A DNA stretch of 64,000 nucleotides from positions 800,001-864,000 of the forward strand of contig CAWFGE010000012.1 in NCBI GenBank assembly GCA_963815195.1, in the 5' to 3' direction. The stretch's first letter is position 1. Every line of letters starts with the position of its first letter. Below are positions 1 to 11,042 of the stretch, in pieces. The notes under the pieces are model-generated. The model was not told the DNA's origin and did no database searches. It saw only the letters and a list, made by a program, of their open reading frames with translations. The translations under genes and the position numbers were made by a program. Origin of the DNA: an uncultured Planctomycetaceae bacterium (lineage in GTDB: Bacteria > Planctomycetota > Planctomycetia > Planctomycetales > Planctomycetaceae).

Positions 1-404
1 CGGTCTTTGTTGTCGACAAACTGGCTGACCCATCGCTGGACGTTCGGCTGCACGCCGCCGCCCGCTCCCGCGCCGAACGAGAAAATCGCCAATTCCACCG
101 GCTCGCTATCGCCTTTCTCGGCGGGAATCGTGAATTGGGCGAGCCGGAAGGATGTCTTCGGCTCGGTCTTTTCCCAGGACTTGGGAACGTAAAGTTCCAG
201 CCCCTTCTTTTGCGATTCGTCGTGTTTGATCGGCGGCACCTTGACGGTGTTTGGCGGCGGCCAGGGGGTGGACTCCTTCTTTTCCTCGCCTGCGGGCGCC
301 GGAGCGGGCTGCGTTTTGTCTTGAGCGCGGCCGGTTCCCGCGGCGACAAACAGCACCGCCGGCACGCCCAGCAGCCAGAAAAGTAAATTGAAGCGTCGTG
401 GCAT
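1..404 (-). CDS. Exported hypothetical protein, 3' end truncated by the window edge
   Basis: Not in the ORF track because it has no stop in the window. Manual translation from ATG 404 (AAGGA upstream) gives signal-like MPRRFNLLFWLLGVPAVLFVAAGTGRAQ, then LELYVPKSWEKTEPKTSFRLAQFTIP...AIFSFGAGAGGGVQPNVQRWVSQF, open to position 1. Confidence 0.75.
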   Translation of the reverse strand, partial: MPRRFNLLFWLLGVPAVLFVAAGTGRAQDKTQPAPAPAGEEKKESTPWPPPNTVKVPPIKHDESQKKGLELYVPKSWEKTEPKTSFRLAQFTIPAEKGDSEPVELAIFSFGAGAGGGVQPNVQRWVSQFVDNKD

Positions 405-554
405 CACGGATTCCTTGAAATGGGTTGTCAGGACCTGTTCGGGCGGTGCGAAACCAATGGTTCGATTTTCGACGATCCTCCCACGATTTGCAACAGCCGA
501 AATCACAATCCCGCCCGTTCGGGACAACAGGCCGGTCCAGGCAATTTCCGCCGC

Positions 555-1361
555 TTATTCAGCGGGTTTTTTGCGGTGCTGCTCGAACATCCAGGGCAAC
601 AGGCCTTTGGGATCGCGATAAGCAGGTGTCCAGGCGTTGTGGCCCACCTTGGGGTATTCCACATACCGCACCTGGCCGCCGGCGGCTTTCAAAGCGGCCA
701 CCATTCGCCGGGTTCGTTCGACGGGCACGACGGTGTCGGCGTCGCCGTGGGCGGTCCAGACTGGAGTGTCCGCGAGCTTCGCCGCCTGCGTTTCGTCGCC
801 TCCCCCGCAAACGGGTGCGAGGGCCGCAAAGAGTTCGGGCCTCCGCATCGCGAGTTCCCACGCTCCGTAGCCGCCCATCGACAACCCCGTCAAATACACG
901 CGGCGTTTATCGATCGGAAATTCTTTGAGCGACCGGTCGAGCACCGCCGCCGCCATGCCGAGCATCGCGTTGGGCTCTTTGGCGAGCGGGGTCGATTTGA
1001 GATCGCCCCACGGGGCATCGGCCCATTGCTCGTTGTCCCGGCATTGCGGCACGATCAGAAAGCACGGGAACCGCTTGCGGGATTCGGGCTGCGCCATCAA
1101 TTCGGGAAAATGCCGGAGCACCTTGGCCGGATCATCGCCCCGCTCGCCCGCTCCATGCAAAAACAACACCAATGGATAGGTCTCGCCGGGTTTGACTTCC
1201 AGCGGCTTGAGCACCAAATAGCGGAACGGCTCGTCCCGGGACTTTCCGCCGGTGTACTTCAACGTCCGCACCTCGAACGGAGCGAGCTTTTTGTCGTTTT
1301 CCTCCGCCCGTCCCAGGCAAGGCAAGAGCGCGACGCAAACAAAGACAACGAACCGCTGCAT
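555..1361 (-). CDS. Secreted alpha/beta-hydrolase (phospholipase/carboxylesterase or prolyl oligopeptidase-like)
   Basis: Signal peptide; PLVLFLHGAGERG; nucleophile elbow GLSMGG; HGDADTVVP; GHNAW. Confidence 0.9.
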   Translation of the reverse strand: MQRFVVFVCVALLPCLGRAEENDKKLAPFEVRTLKYTGGKSRDEPFRYLVLKPLEVKPGETYPLVLFLHGAGERGDDPAKVLRHFPELMAQPESRKRFPCFLIVPQCRDNEQWADAPWGDLKSTPLAKEPNAMLGMAAAVLDRSLKEFPIDKRRVYLTGLSMGGYGAWELAMRRPELFAALAPVCGGGDETQAAKLADTPVWTAHGDADTVVPVERTRRMVAALKAAGGQVRYVEYPKVGHNAWTPAYRDPKGLLPWMFEQHRKKPAE

Positions 1362-1433
1362 GAAATCAACCTCAGGCGCACTTGAAAAATGGGAACGAAC
1401 GCCGCTTCCGATTTGACCGGCAACCTGGATTTG

Positions 1434-2030
<597 letters not shown>

Positions 2031-2227
2031 GAGAGATCTCCTCGAGGGGTCCGAGTTAAAAGAGATTGCGAAGTTTCCACGGGATTTTCGTTTTTTCTCG
2101 TCTGGGGTTCAGTAAAACGAGTTGGTGCCGGATTCGCAAGGTAGGAAACTTGAACCGCTCAACGCGAGTCTGCGCCGGCGGAGAGCGGAATTGAAAAACC
2201 CGGCCTCTGCGGTCGATGACAAGGGGC

Positions 2228-2602
2228 ATGCTGGACTTTGAAATCGAAGAACTCAACGAAACGACGGAATGGCGCGAGGTTCTCGCCGCCTACCAATCCG
2301 CGCACGAAACCGCCAAGGCCTCGGCGGAGGAATTCGACGGCTGGCTGCCGCGGATTATGAGTGTGGACGGCCTCGACGATGAGGAACTGCCGCGGCTTCA
2401 CGGCAAATTGATCGCGCTGGGGTTTTTGAAGTTCCAGCTCGCCGGTCGCGGCACGGGCGTGGTTTACCAAATCAGTCCCGCGGGCCGGCAAGCCCTCGCG
2501 AATCTCCCATCGGACGAAACCGATTTGGAAGAGGAGTTGGATGAGGATTCCGGCGACATTCTGCCGATGGTCGAAGCCGACATGATGCAACGGGCCGCAT
2601 AG
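2228..2602 (+). CDS. Hypothetical protein with possible winged-helix-like C-terminal half
   Basis: Acidic ORF with AAGGGG before ATG 2228 (alternative start 2216). LHGKLIALGFLKFQL...VYQISPAG resembles a wHTH wing. Confidence 0.65.
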   Translation: MLDFEIEELNETTEWREVLAAYQSAHETAKASAEEFDGWLPRIMSVDGLDDEELPRLHGKLIALGFLKFQLAGRGTGVVYQISPAGRQALANLPSDETDLEEELDEDSGDILPMVEADMMQRAA

Positions 2603-2622
2603 CTTTGACAGGCTGTCTCAAT

Positions 2623-2682
2623 TTCGCCCGAAGCGCCAGCGAGGGATGTCAAAGGATTTCCCTCGCTGGCGCTTCGGGCGAA
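2623..2682. repeat. Perfect 24-bp inverted repeat (REP doublet and/or bidirectional terminator)
   Basis: TTCGCCCGAAGCGCCAGCGAGGGA (2623-2646) and its exact reverse complement (2659-2682), between convergent genes. Confidence 0.85.
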
Positions 2683-2726
2683 TGAATGCCAACCGGAGGC
2701 TGGCGCGTTCCGGCTGATGGAAACAA

Positions 2727-4526
2727 TCAGGCGGATTCCAACGGCTCGTCGCTCATCGCGAATAGCATGGCCGTATTTCGGCGGGGATCGGCTTTTTCGG
2801 CGAGATAGGGCGTGACGGGCTCGTTGATGCCCTTGAGCTTCGCCGGTTTCAACTTTTGGCAGGTGACGTAATCCTTGACCAATTCATAGGTCGCGGGGCC
2901 AAGGACGACCTGGCCGGGCTGGGCGACGGACGATTCGAGCCGGCTGGCGAGGTTGACCGTCGTGCCGATGACGGTGTAGTCCTTGCGGTTTAAGCTGCCG
3001 ATGTCCCCCACGACGACGGGGCCGGAATTGATGCCCACCCGCATGCCGACGGGGGGCCGGCCTTTGGGGAGGCCGGCGTTGTACTGTTTCAGGTCTTCTT
3101 GCATTTTGAGCGCGGCCCGCACCGCGAGTTCCGCGTGGTGCCTTTGATTGATCGGGGCTCCGAAAAATGCGAGCATCCCGTCGCCCATAAACTTATCGAG
3201 CGTCCCTTTGTAGTGGAACACGGATTCGCTCAAGAGTTTCGAAAACCGAGTTGAGCAGCCGCACAACGTCGGGCGGCGACAGGTTTTCCGACATCGCTGT
3301 GAATCCGCACAGGTCGGCAAACAACACGCTGACGACCTGCTCCTCGGCGATGAACCCGTCGCTTTGAGCGACGCCGACGCGAGCCAGGATTTGCTCGACC
3401 ACGGCGGGCGAGTGATAGCGAGAAAGGCTTTCGCGCTTTTTCTGCTCGGCAATGACTTCGTCCCGGAGCCGGCCCTGTTCGATGGCGACCGCCGAGAACA
3501 GCGAGAGGGCGGTGAGCACATCCAGGTGCTCCGCCCCGAACGCTTCCTCGCGGCTTTGGGTGTCGACATAGATCAAACCGTCCACGTGGCCTTCGCGGTA
3601 CAAGGGGACGCACATCGCCGAGACGATATTGAGTTGCCGGATGCTTTCCTGGCATTCGAACCGCGGGTCGTTGAGCACGTCTCTGACCAACAGCGAACTT
3701 TGGGAGTTGATCGCTTCGTTGGCGATGCTCAGGCTGATTTTGACCTTGGGCTGGAGGCGTGCGTCGAGCGTGCGGGCGGCGACGGGTTTCAGCTGGCCCG
3801 ACGGTTCGTACATGCAGATCAACCCGCGCTGGGCGGGGACGTTGGAAAACACGAGTTCCAAAATCGCCCCGAGCATGGAGTCCAAATCGGGGGTGGTCAA
3901 CAGGGCTTTGCCGATCAGGCTGAAGAGTTTGATGCCCCAGGACCGGCCGCTCGTGCTTTTGTCGATGCCCGAGTCGCTGTGGTCCTCCATGTCGTAAACG
4001 CCTTCGGCGAGGCTTCCCAGATTGCTGCCCAGGCTTTCCCCGGACGCGCCGCCGGTCAGAATCTTGCTCATGTCGGACAGCCGGATCGACATGCTCACGT
4101 TTGGGCGGGTGCGCCCTGCGTATCGTCGGTGATTTCCACCATGTCGCTCGCGTCGGACGTCTTGATGATGTCCGACTTGGCCTCGGGGGCCCGGCCGGGC
4201 GAAGGCAGCGGCACGACGACTTTGAACGTCATCGGCAAGGGACCGAGATTGATCAGATCGCCGTCCTTGAGGTATTGCCGCTTGACCGGAGCGCGGTTGA
4301 CGAACGTCCCATTCCGGCTGCCCGCGTCGATAATCTTCCAGCCCTGGTCATCTTGCGAAATCGTGGCGTGGTGCCGCGACATCCCGGGCACCGAATCGGG
4401 GAACACCACGTTGCAGTCGGGAGATCGGCCCAGGGTGACGACGGGCTGATCCAAATCGACTTCTACGGGGTGGTCGTCGAGCACATAAGAAAGCTTGAAT
4501 TTCGCTGGCAATCCGGATTGAGCCAA
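2727..4526 (-). CDS. FHA-GAF-class III adenylate cyclase, interrupted by two apparent 1-nt frameshifts (about 4100 and 3238)
   Basis: FHA: LGRSPDCNVVF, SRHHA, GSRNGTFVN. GAF: SAMCVPLYREGHVDGLIYVD. Cyclase: LFADLCGFT, TLDKFMGDG, RVGINSG, DYTVIGTTVNLASRLES; the Lys and Asp indicate ATP specificity. The pieces join to exactly 1800 nt. TTG start at 4526 follows GAGGAG. The FHA part could instead be a separate gene (GTGA overlap at 4095-4098). Confidence 0.85.
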
Positions 4527-4772
4527 GGTCGTTCTCCTCAATCGGACTGCCTACAGCAGAAAAAGACGATCTGTGACATCTTGGCAAGTCGGAAGGTCGG
4601 GGGGTGAGGGAAGTTCTGGCCCGAAGGTTGGGGGCCGTCCCCTTCCATGATACTAACAATAGACGCTCGGCAAGCGAACGTCAAAACATCTCGGAAGAAT
4701 TCCCAGGGAACGCCTGCTAACTAAATCACCTCGCGGAAATCTGCGCGTTCTCTGACACAAAAAAAATTGCAG

Positions 4773-4911
4773 AATTTGAAACCAATCCAAAATTCCAAAT
4801 CCGAATGTCCTCAACAAAATCCCGCGATTGATCCAGGACACCGGGGACGCGGGGTTTGGGTATTGAAAATTCGGTCATTGGTATTTGTTTCGGATTTCGA
4901 GATTCGGATTT
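4773..4911. repeat. AAATCCG/AAATTCC heptamer-rich, loosely inverted intergenic element
   Basis: Repeated aatcc(g/a)aa units on the left and ttcggattt units on the right. A related copy lies at about 31952-32010. Confidence 0.55.
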
Positions 4912-4918
4912 CCCCCGG

Positions 4919-5913
4919 CTATTGTTCCGGCGGAGCGCCGGCGGGTTGGGGCTGGAGAAGTTTGAGGTACTCTTGCGTCACCTCTTTCTCGTACACGCCT
5001 TCGGGCTTCTTGAACTCAAAGTCCGCGGGCTTCACGTCGGCTTCCGTCAGCCATTCCATATCCACGAAATCAATGGTCACCATTGGACGCATCACATCCT
5101 GCTTCGCATCCTTTTTGAGGTATTGAATTCTCCGCGGAACATCGTTGCGGTCAAAATACACGCGGGCGGCGTCGGGAATGTGCGCGGGCAGGCCTTTGGC
5201 CAGTTGCGGGATCGCTTTGAACCGCGCCTGAGATCCCTCGTTCCATTGCCCCTCCAAGCGGCGCAGCGGCTCGCCGTCCACGGTTTCCGTTTCGGGGGCG
5301 GCAAACGCCATGTTGCGTTCCAGCGACGCCAACAAAGAGGCGATCCCGCCCAGGCCCAACTCGGCGATCAAGACGTCTTGCTGAATGGCGGGCGACTTCT
5401 GGACCGCCTGGAGAATTTGACTGACGTCCTGCCGGGTGAGGCGGACCGTCTTATTCACCCGCCGTTCCGTCCAAAGCAAATCGCCGTCGCACACCTGCAG
5501 CAGTTTCCCGACCGTTCCGCCGGAATGGATTTCAAACTCCAGCCGCAATTGACGCGGCTTGCCGCGGAGGATCCGGCCCTTGGCTTCCAAAGTCCGGTCG
5601 GAAAACTGTAGCCGCTCGACGATCTTCGCGCGGTACATCCGCCCCAGCAGCGTCTTGCGGGCCTGGTCGAACAATTCCTGGCGCTCGCCGCGTGCATCGG
5701 CGGCGGTTCATTTTGTTTCTCGCCCTCGGCCGCCGGCGGGGATGCTTCGGGTTTTTGGTCGGGCTGTTTCGACTTGGAATTCTCGCCGGAGGGGTTTTGG
5801 GATTCGTCCACCTGTGCGCCCACGGGCAACACGGTGAGGGCCACCGTTCCGGCGGTCATCACCAGCAGAATCCCGGCAAGTTGGGGGACGGAGAGCTTAG
5901 GCAGAATTTGCAT
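4919..5913 (-). CDS. Exported hypothetical protein, possibly LolA-like fold; one apparent frameshift at about 5680-5705
   Basis: The signal peptide in ORF 5455..5913 joins ORF 4919..5674 by adding 1 nt (span 995 nt). LLQVCDGDLLWT and a C-terminal DFEFKKPEGV are reminiscent of LolA-like proteins. Confidence 0.7.
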
Positions 5914-6189
5914 ATTACCAGGATTCTTTCATCTGGTCGGAAAGCGAGGGATTTTCCAAAGAATCAGGCGGGATTGTACCGAAGAAGTAATTGTCTGTTG
6001 CCCCATCCGCGGACACCAGAGCCAATCCGCTCATTTTAGCGGAAACAGGGGATTCCGGTCGACTGCAAAACGGGGGAAGTCGCTTGCGATTCCCACCCGA
6101 TGAGGAGTGTTCAATTTGACGGTTCGTGACGGTGCGCGTCGGACAATGTGCGTTCGGGGGGCCATCCGGGAATTTCGAGAGGGGTCGTG

Positions 6190-7398
6190 ATGAAGTACTA
6201 CTTTCTGGCTTTGGGAACGATCATCGTCGTGTGCGTGGGATGCGCCACCGACGGGGGTCAGGTTTTGGACCGAGGCAAGTACGCGGCTCCGCCGGCCGCG
6301 ATGATGCAGCGTCCCGGTCCGATGGTGGACGGCCCCGGACCGGGCGTGTTGCCCTTGCCGGTTCCGCCGCCGCCGACGTACACCGCCAAGACGTCGCAAA
6401 TCCGCTTCTTGAATCCCAAGGGGATGCAAGTCGGCTGGGCGGTTCCGGGCGGCTATGCGGACAACATGCTCACGGTGCCGGGCCGGTACAATTTCCGCCA
6501 AGGGGCGACCTACCGGCTGAAGCTAACCAACGTTCCGGAACGGCCGGGCCTGGTGCTCTATCCTTCGCTGCAAATCTATCCCGCCCATCCCACCACGGAC
6601 GCCTATCTGTCCCACAACAGCATTCCGCTGGAACTCTTGGATGAGGATCTGGATCAGATCGAAAGCAACAATTTCGTGACGAAAGTGCTCTATCTGCCGG
6701 ATCCCCGCTACCAAGACCTGGCCATCGCGGGCGTGGAAACGATTGTCTCCACCAAGCTCGATCCCGGCGTCGATCCGGTTCTGGAAGCCGACCGCCGCGG
6801 CACGATTATGGCCGTGCTTCGCGTGGGGAACATGGACTTTGAAACGCCGAGTGCCGGCCCGCTGGGCGTGTTAGGGGCTCCGCCGGTTCCGGGAGCCATG
6901 CCGATTCCCGGCCAGCCGCCAGTCAACGGGGCCGACGGCAACATTCAACAAATGCAATACCAGGCCCCCGACGGTGCGGAACGCCAATTCGTCCCGCCGA
7001 TGCCCATCTCCACCATGGGCGGTGGTTCGGGAATGCTGGGCGTGCCCAACCCGATGATCGCCGGCGGCCAGACGCCTCCGGGATTGCCGCCCATGCACCC
7101 GGTCGCCGGGATGGGCACGATCCCCCCGTGGGGCATGACCTACACCGGCACGCCCATCGGCCTGCCGGGACCGGCTCATCTGCCCTTGGGCGGTCCCGCC
7201 GGCTTGCAATCGCACACGGTTCGCAACAACACCGACGTGGACGTCGGCAAGCCCGTCGATCACATGTTGATCGACGTGAGGCATCGGCCTGGCTATCGCC
7301 TGCCCCCTCCGGTTCGCCACGTGGAATACGAAGAAACGCATCCGCAATATCTGGACGGCGAACTCGGCTGGCCGCGCTGGCAGCCGCCCCGCCAGTAA
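6190..7398 (+). CDS. Proline-rich hypothetical lipoprotein
   Basis: [18 protein letters not shown] lipoprotein-like signal; core [20 protein letters not shown]...LYPSL...VTKVLYL; paralogous to the next gene. Confidence 0.85.
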   Translation: MKYYFLALGTIIVVCVGCATDGGQVLDRGKYAAPPAAMMQRPGPMVDGPGPGVLPLPVPPPPTYTAKTSQIRFLNPKGMQVGWAVPGGYADNMLTVPGRYNFRQGATYRLKLTNVPERPGLVLYPSLQIYPAHPTTDAYLSHNSIPLELLDEDLDQIESNNFVTKVLYLPDPRYQDLAIAGVETIVSTKLDPGVDPVLEADRRGTIMAVLRVGNMDFETPSAGPLGVLGAPPVPGAMPIPGQPPVNGADGNIQQMQYQAPDGAERQFVPPMPISTMGGGSGMLGVPNPMIAGGQTPPGLPPMHPVAGMGTIPPWGMTYTGTPIGLPGPAHLPLGGPAGLQSHTVRNNTDVDVGKPVDHMLIDVRHRPGYRLPPPVRHVEYEETHPQYLDGELGWPRWQPPRQ

Positions 7399-7501
7399 TC
7401 GGTCCCTCGTCAACGACTGGATAATTCTCCAAGCCGACGCCTGATTTGATTCAATCGTCAAAAGGGGCTTGGGATTGGCGAAACAATAACTGTCGAATGT
7501 T

Positions 7502-7536
7502 CCCTCTCCCCTTGGGGGAGAGGGCAGGGTGAGGGG
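7502..7536. repeat. REP-like palindrome CCCTCTCCCC-TTG-GGGGAGAGGG-CAGGGTGAGGGG
   Basis: Hairpin visible in the sequence; related copy at 16308-16340. Confidence 0.7.
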
Positions 7537-7672
7537 ACGGCAAATAGGGCAGTTATTGTTTCGCCGATCCTTGGCTTGGAGAATGTGTTTTTGCGAATCG
7601 ATGCTCGATCGCTGCGATTTGAAGCCGGAACCGACCGGCCCGTCCGATGCCCCGTCGTCGAGGAGTGAGCCC

Positions 7673-8480
7673 ATGATCTTGCCGTTCCGCTCAGCCCCCG
7701 GCTTTTCTCGCGGCCTTTTCCGATCGGCTGTGTGGACGGGGCTGGTGCTGAGCATCGTCGTTGGGAAAAGCGGTTCGGTGGCTATGGCCCAGCCGTTTTA
7801 TCAGCCGCTCAATCAGAACATGCCCACGGGCGTGGCCGCGTATTGGGCGGGCGCCTTGGGAAAAGCGACGCCGCCCTATTTCCAGCCGGTGCGCGTCAAT
7901 TTGCCGACGGAGGGCCAAGTCACGGTTTACCACGGCCCCGCGCGGACGCCTTACGAAATCGACGCCCGCCGGCCGTTTGCATTTCTCGTGGGACACACCT
8001 ACCGGTTCCGCATCGCGGGCATGCCGGAATATCCGGGCCTCGAGTTATATCCTTCCGTGGAAATCCTCGACCGCTTGCATCCGCCGCCGGGACAGGAACT
8101 GAAGTTTCCTATCCCGCTCGAGTTGACGGAGCGGGAAATCGCAACGGCCCTCGAAGGCCGGCTGGTGACGAAAGTCGTGTTTCTCGAACAGCCCCAACTC
8201 GCCCCGCCTGCCGAACATGAAGGTTCGATGCCCACGACGGAGTTCTTGAGTTCGGTGAATATCCTCGCCGAAGCCGACCGCGCCGGACGGCCGATGGCGA
8301 TTTTGCGGTTGGGCAGCCGCGTGCCTGGGGCGGGCGAAAACGATCCCGGATTCTACGGCGGCGGCAGCCCCGGTTTTCATTCCGCCGGCTCCCGCCAATC
8401 CGCCGAACCCGGCCGTCCCGCCGGCGAAAGTGAAAACAGAACAAGCACCGCCCACAAAGTCGGGTCTTTTGTCTCCGTAG
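7673..8480 (+). CDS. Exported hypothetical protein, paralogue of 6190..7398; apparent extra C at 8368-8371
   Basis: AGGAG RBS before ATG 7673; GHTYRFRIAGMPEYPGLELYPSVE...VTKVVFLEQP. Removing one C gives the tail SPVFIPPAPANPPNPAVPPAKVKTEQAPPTKSGLLSP and a TAG at 8478-8480, just before the next ATG. Confidence 0.75.
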
Positions 8481-8497
8481 GAAATTTCCAGCCAATC

Positions 8498-9850
8498 ATG
8501 ATGTTCTCTCGTTTCCAACCGATCTTCAAACGCCCGCTGGGTCTTTTGTGCCTGGGACTTCTCTCCGCGGGATTGGCGTCTTGCGCCAATATGAAAGAGG
8601 GGCTGGTGCAAGATCCGTTTCTGTCGGCCGGGCCCGACGAATGGGCGGACGCGGGAAAAACGGGCGAAGAGAAATCCGACCAGGGATCGGCCAAAAGCAT
8701 CGCGGGGATTCCCCTGCCGGTGAACTCTCCGGAAGGTCCGGTCCTGGCGAACCACAATCAGGTTCGCCAGGTGCAGCAATTGGTCCCCGCCGACGAAGCT
8801 CCCGCGGAGACCGTGATTTCCGCACCGTGTCCGCCGGGTTTGGTCGTCTTTCCCGGCCAATGCCCGCCGGCCGTCATAGGCGTTTGCCCGCCGGTTGTGC
8901 CGGGCTGGATCGGCGGAGCGGCGATTCCTCCCAACCCGAAACTTTTTCCCGATGAATATCTCTGCGACGGCGGCGACCGCGGCTATCCCGTCAGGTACGA
9001 CGTCGAAACGCGGCTCGGCCTCGAAACCGAAGACACCGTCGCGGAATACACCGACCACACGGGAAGCCTGCACGTCAAACCCACGAACAAAGTCTGCGTC
9101 TACGCCCCGCGGTTCGGAGCCATGCGGAGCATCGGCTCGCCGATCCTGGAAACCGCCGTCCACAAGGTCGCCAGCGCCGACAAATTCACCGGCGGAGCGG
9201 GCATGCGAAACCAGATCGTCACCGCCCGACACCGGCAAAACATCGCCCCCGGCAAATACCGCACGCGCGAACGGGCCAGCGACATCGATGTGGGCCTCCG
9301 CTCGTCCGCCGTGGCTCAAGGCCAAACCGTCGTCAGCCACACCAAGCTCGTCAACACCTTCGAGGATTTCCAGTTCGTCCGCAGCGGATTGCTGGCTCAA
9401 ACCGAGGAAGTTCGGCTGGCCAAGGGCATCCAAGCGGCCGCGGCCTGGAGCCGGTCCCAGTTCCCCGTCATCGCCGCCCAGACCGAGCAGGCCCAGGAAG
9501 TCCTCAGCGAATTTCGCGCTCAAGCGGTCGTGGGCCGGGAAAGCAAACAAAAGCCGGGCCGATTGCGGATCGTCAAAATGGCCGACAAGGACGTGGCCCA
9601 GCCCGGCGAGACGATCACGTTTACGATCCGCTACGACAACCTGGGCGAGTTGCCGCTGTATAAGATTCGCATCATCGACAACCTGACGCCTCGGCTCGGC
9701 TATGTCGAGGACAGCGAAACCTCCGACCGGGCCGGGCGGTTGCTCATCCAAGACAACGAGGAAGGCAGCGTGATTCTCGAGTTTGAGCTGGACGAACCCC
9801 TGCCCGGCGGAAAAGGCGGCGTGGTCACATTCCAAGCCAAAGTGCGATAA
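8498..9850 (+). CDS. DUF11 (conserved repeat) domain lipoprotein
   Basis: Own lipoprotein-like signal MMFSRFQPIFKRPLGLLCLGLLSAGLASC; Cys/Pro-rich linker; PDEYLCDGGD; C-terminal LRIVKMADKDVAQPGETITFTIRYDNLG...IIDNL...LGYVEDS typical of DUF11. Confidence 0.8.
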   Translation: MMFSRFQPIFKRPLGLLCLGLLSAGLASCANMKEGLVQDPFLSAGPDEWADAGKTGEEKSDQGSAKSIAGIPLPVNSPEGPVLANHNQVRQVQQLVPADEAPAETVISAPCPPGLVVFPGQCPPAVIGVCPPVVPGWIGGAAIPPNPKLFPDEYLCDGGDRGYPVRYDVETRLGLETEDTVAEYTDHTGSLHVKPTNKVCVYAPRFGAMRSIGSPILETAVHKVASADKFTGGAGMRNQIVTARHRQNIAPGKYRTRERASDIDVGLRSSAVAQGQTVVSHTKLVNTFEDFQFVRSGLLAQTEEVRLAKGIQAAAAWSRSQFPVIAAQTEQAQEVLSEFRAQAVVGRESKQKPGRLRIVKMADKDVAQPGETITFTIRYDNLGELPLYKIRIIDNLTPRLGYVEDSETSDRAGRLLIQDNEEGSVILEFELDEPLPGGKGGVVTFQAKVR

Positions 9851-9885
9851 CGACAACGTGCGATGTCTGGATTCCCGCGAATCCG

Positions 9886-9923
9886 ACCCGCCGCGCTGGA
9901 TTCAGCGCGGCGGGTTGTTTCTT
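9886..9923 (+). terminator. Probable intrinsic terminator
   Basis: Perfect 13-bp stem ACCCGCCGCGCTG/CAGCGCGGCGGGT with a 4-nt loop, followed by TGTTTCTT, 35 nt after the stop. Confidence 0.75.
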
Positions 9924-10240
9924 GCCAGATACGGCAGCCACAACTCCTTTCGACGCGGAATCGTCTCCACGAATTTGCCCCATTCCGAACGGTCGGGCAG
10001 TCAATGAAATTGGCCATTTCCTGATCGCGGCTGGTCCAATGATTTCTTAAGACCGGTTTCGACGACCCAGTAATTCGCAAAAATTTGGCGATTTTGGCAG
10101 GCTGATTGCTCGCCAATCCGTTATCTGTTTAGAGAGAAGATAACATTTGGCCAGAGTTTTCCCTGGTCAATGCAGGGCGGATTTGTATAAAATGTTTGAT
10201 CCTATACCCTAATAGAGACGTTTTCACGGGAGGATCAAAC

Positions 10241-10723
10241 ATGCCGACGTTGGTGAATCCGCCGACGAGTTACGTGGACCTTTGGGGGATCTGGGAACAG
10301 CAGATTGAGGGTGAATCGAAAGAATACTGGGACATCCATTCAGACGAACACCTTCCCATAAGTCATCACCACATTGCTATTCGTGCGTATTACCTATACA
10401 TCGAGCGCGGACGTGGAACTCATGGCTTCGACCAGCAAGATTGGTGCGCGGCTAAAAGGGAGTTGCAAGGTGAGTTTAGGGCGTGTATCGCCTGGAACTT
10501 TGAGGACGCAGATGCCTCAATCGCGGACAATGTTTCAGAATCCCAGTTTGACCCGTCGATGATGAATGAATCAGATGGTGATGATGGGTTTCGAATGGCT
10601 TCAAATCGAGCAGGTTGTTTCGAGAGCGACCATTATATGAGCGCTTTCGAAAGCGATGGGGAAATCGAGAAAGTTAGGAAAAATGGCTGGACGAGCGAAA
10701 ATAAAGACAATATGCGAGGCTGA
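10241..10723 (+). CDS. DUF2934-like domain protein
   Basis: GGAGG RBS before ATG 10241. IAIRAYYLYIERGRGTHGFDQQDWCAAKREL matches the IxxRAYxxWExxG...xxDWxxAExEL pattern. Confidence 0.75.
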   Translation: MPTLVNPPTSYVDLWGIWEQQIEGESKEYWDIHSDEHLPISHHHIAIRAYYLYIERGRGTHGFDQQDWCAAKRELQGEFRACIAWNFEDADASIADNVSESQFDPSMMNESDGDDGFRMASNRAGCFESDHYMSAFESDGEIEKVRKNGWTSENKDNMRG

Positions 10724-11000
10724 TTCCCACATTGAGTCAATGCGTAATCACTGTGGGGATGGCGGCACCGCCTTTAGGCGACTTTCGCAGGATGAGCGCA
10801 ACAAATATCGAGGAAAGGTTTTGGCGATCCTGATCGAGTCGGGCCGGATTATCGGTTATGCGGACACGCCCGAAGAACTTCAAAATAAAATTCGGGAATC
10901 TAAGTATCACGGCGAAAACTGGCGGCTCGTGGATGGCCCCACAGGCGATGAGCCGATGACCGTTGACGAGTTGAAATCTTCCTTGGGTCACGGCGATTGA
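10683..11000 (+). CDS. DUF5678-like small protein
   Basis: KYRGKVLAILIESGRIIGYADTPEELQNKI resembles the YxGKxVAxxxGxIxxxxxTxEEx pattern. The start is uncertain (10683 with AGGA, or 10740). Confidence 0.6.
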   Translation: MAGRAKIKTICEADSHIESMRNHCGDGGTAFRRLSQDERNKYRGKVLAILIESGRIIGYADTPEELQNKIRESKYHGENWRLVDGPTGDEPMTVDELKSSLGHGD

Positions 11001-11042
11001 GCGAAGGTCTCACAGGTCGGTGAACTTTGACAGGGCCGTCTC

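Noticed and set aside
7529..9850. Single 773-aa protein
   Set aside because: An internal lipoprotein signal and a better C-terminus in the +1 frame point to two genes; the listed start also lies inside a REP.
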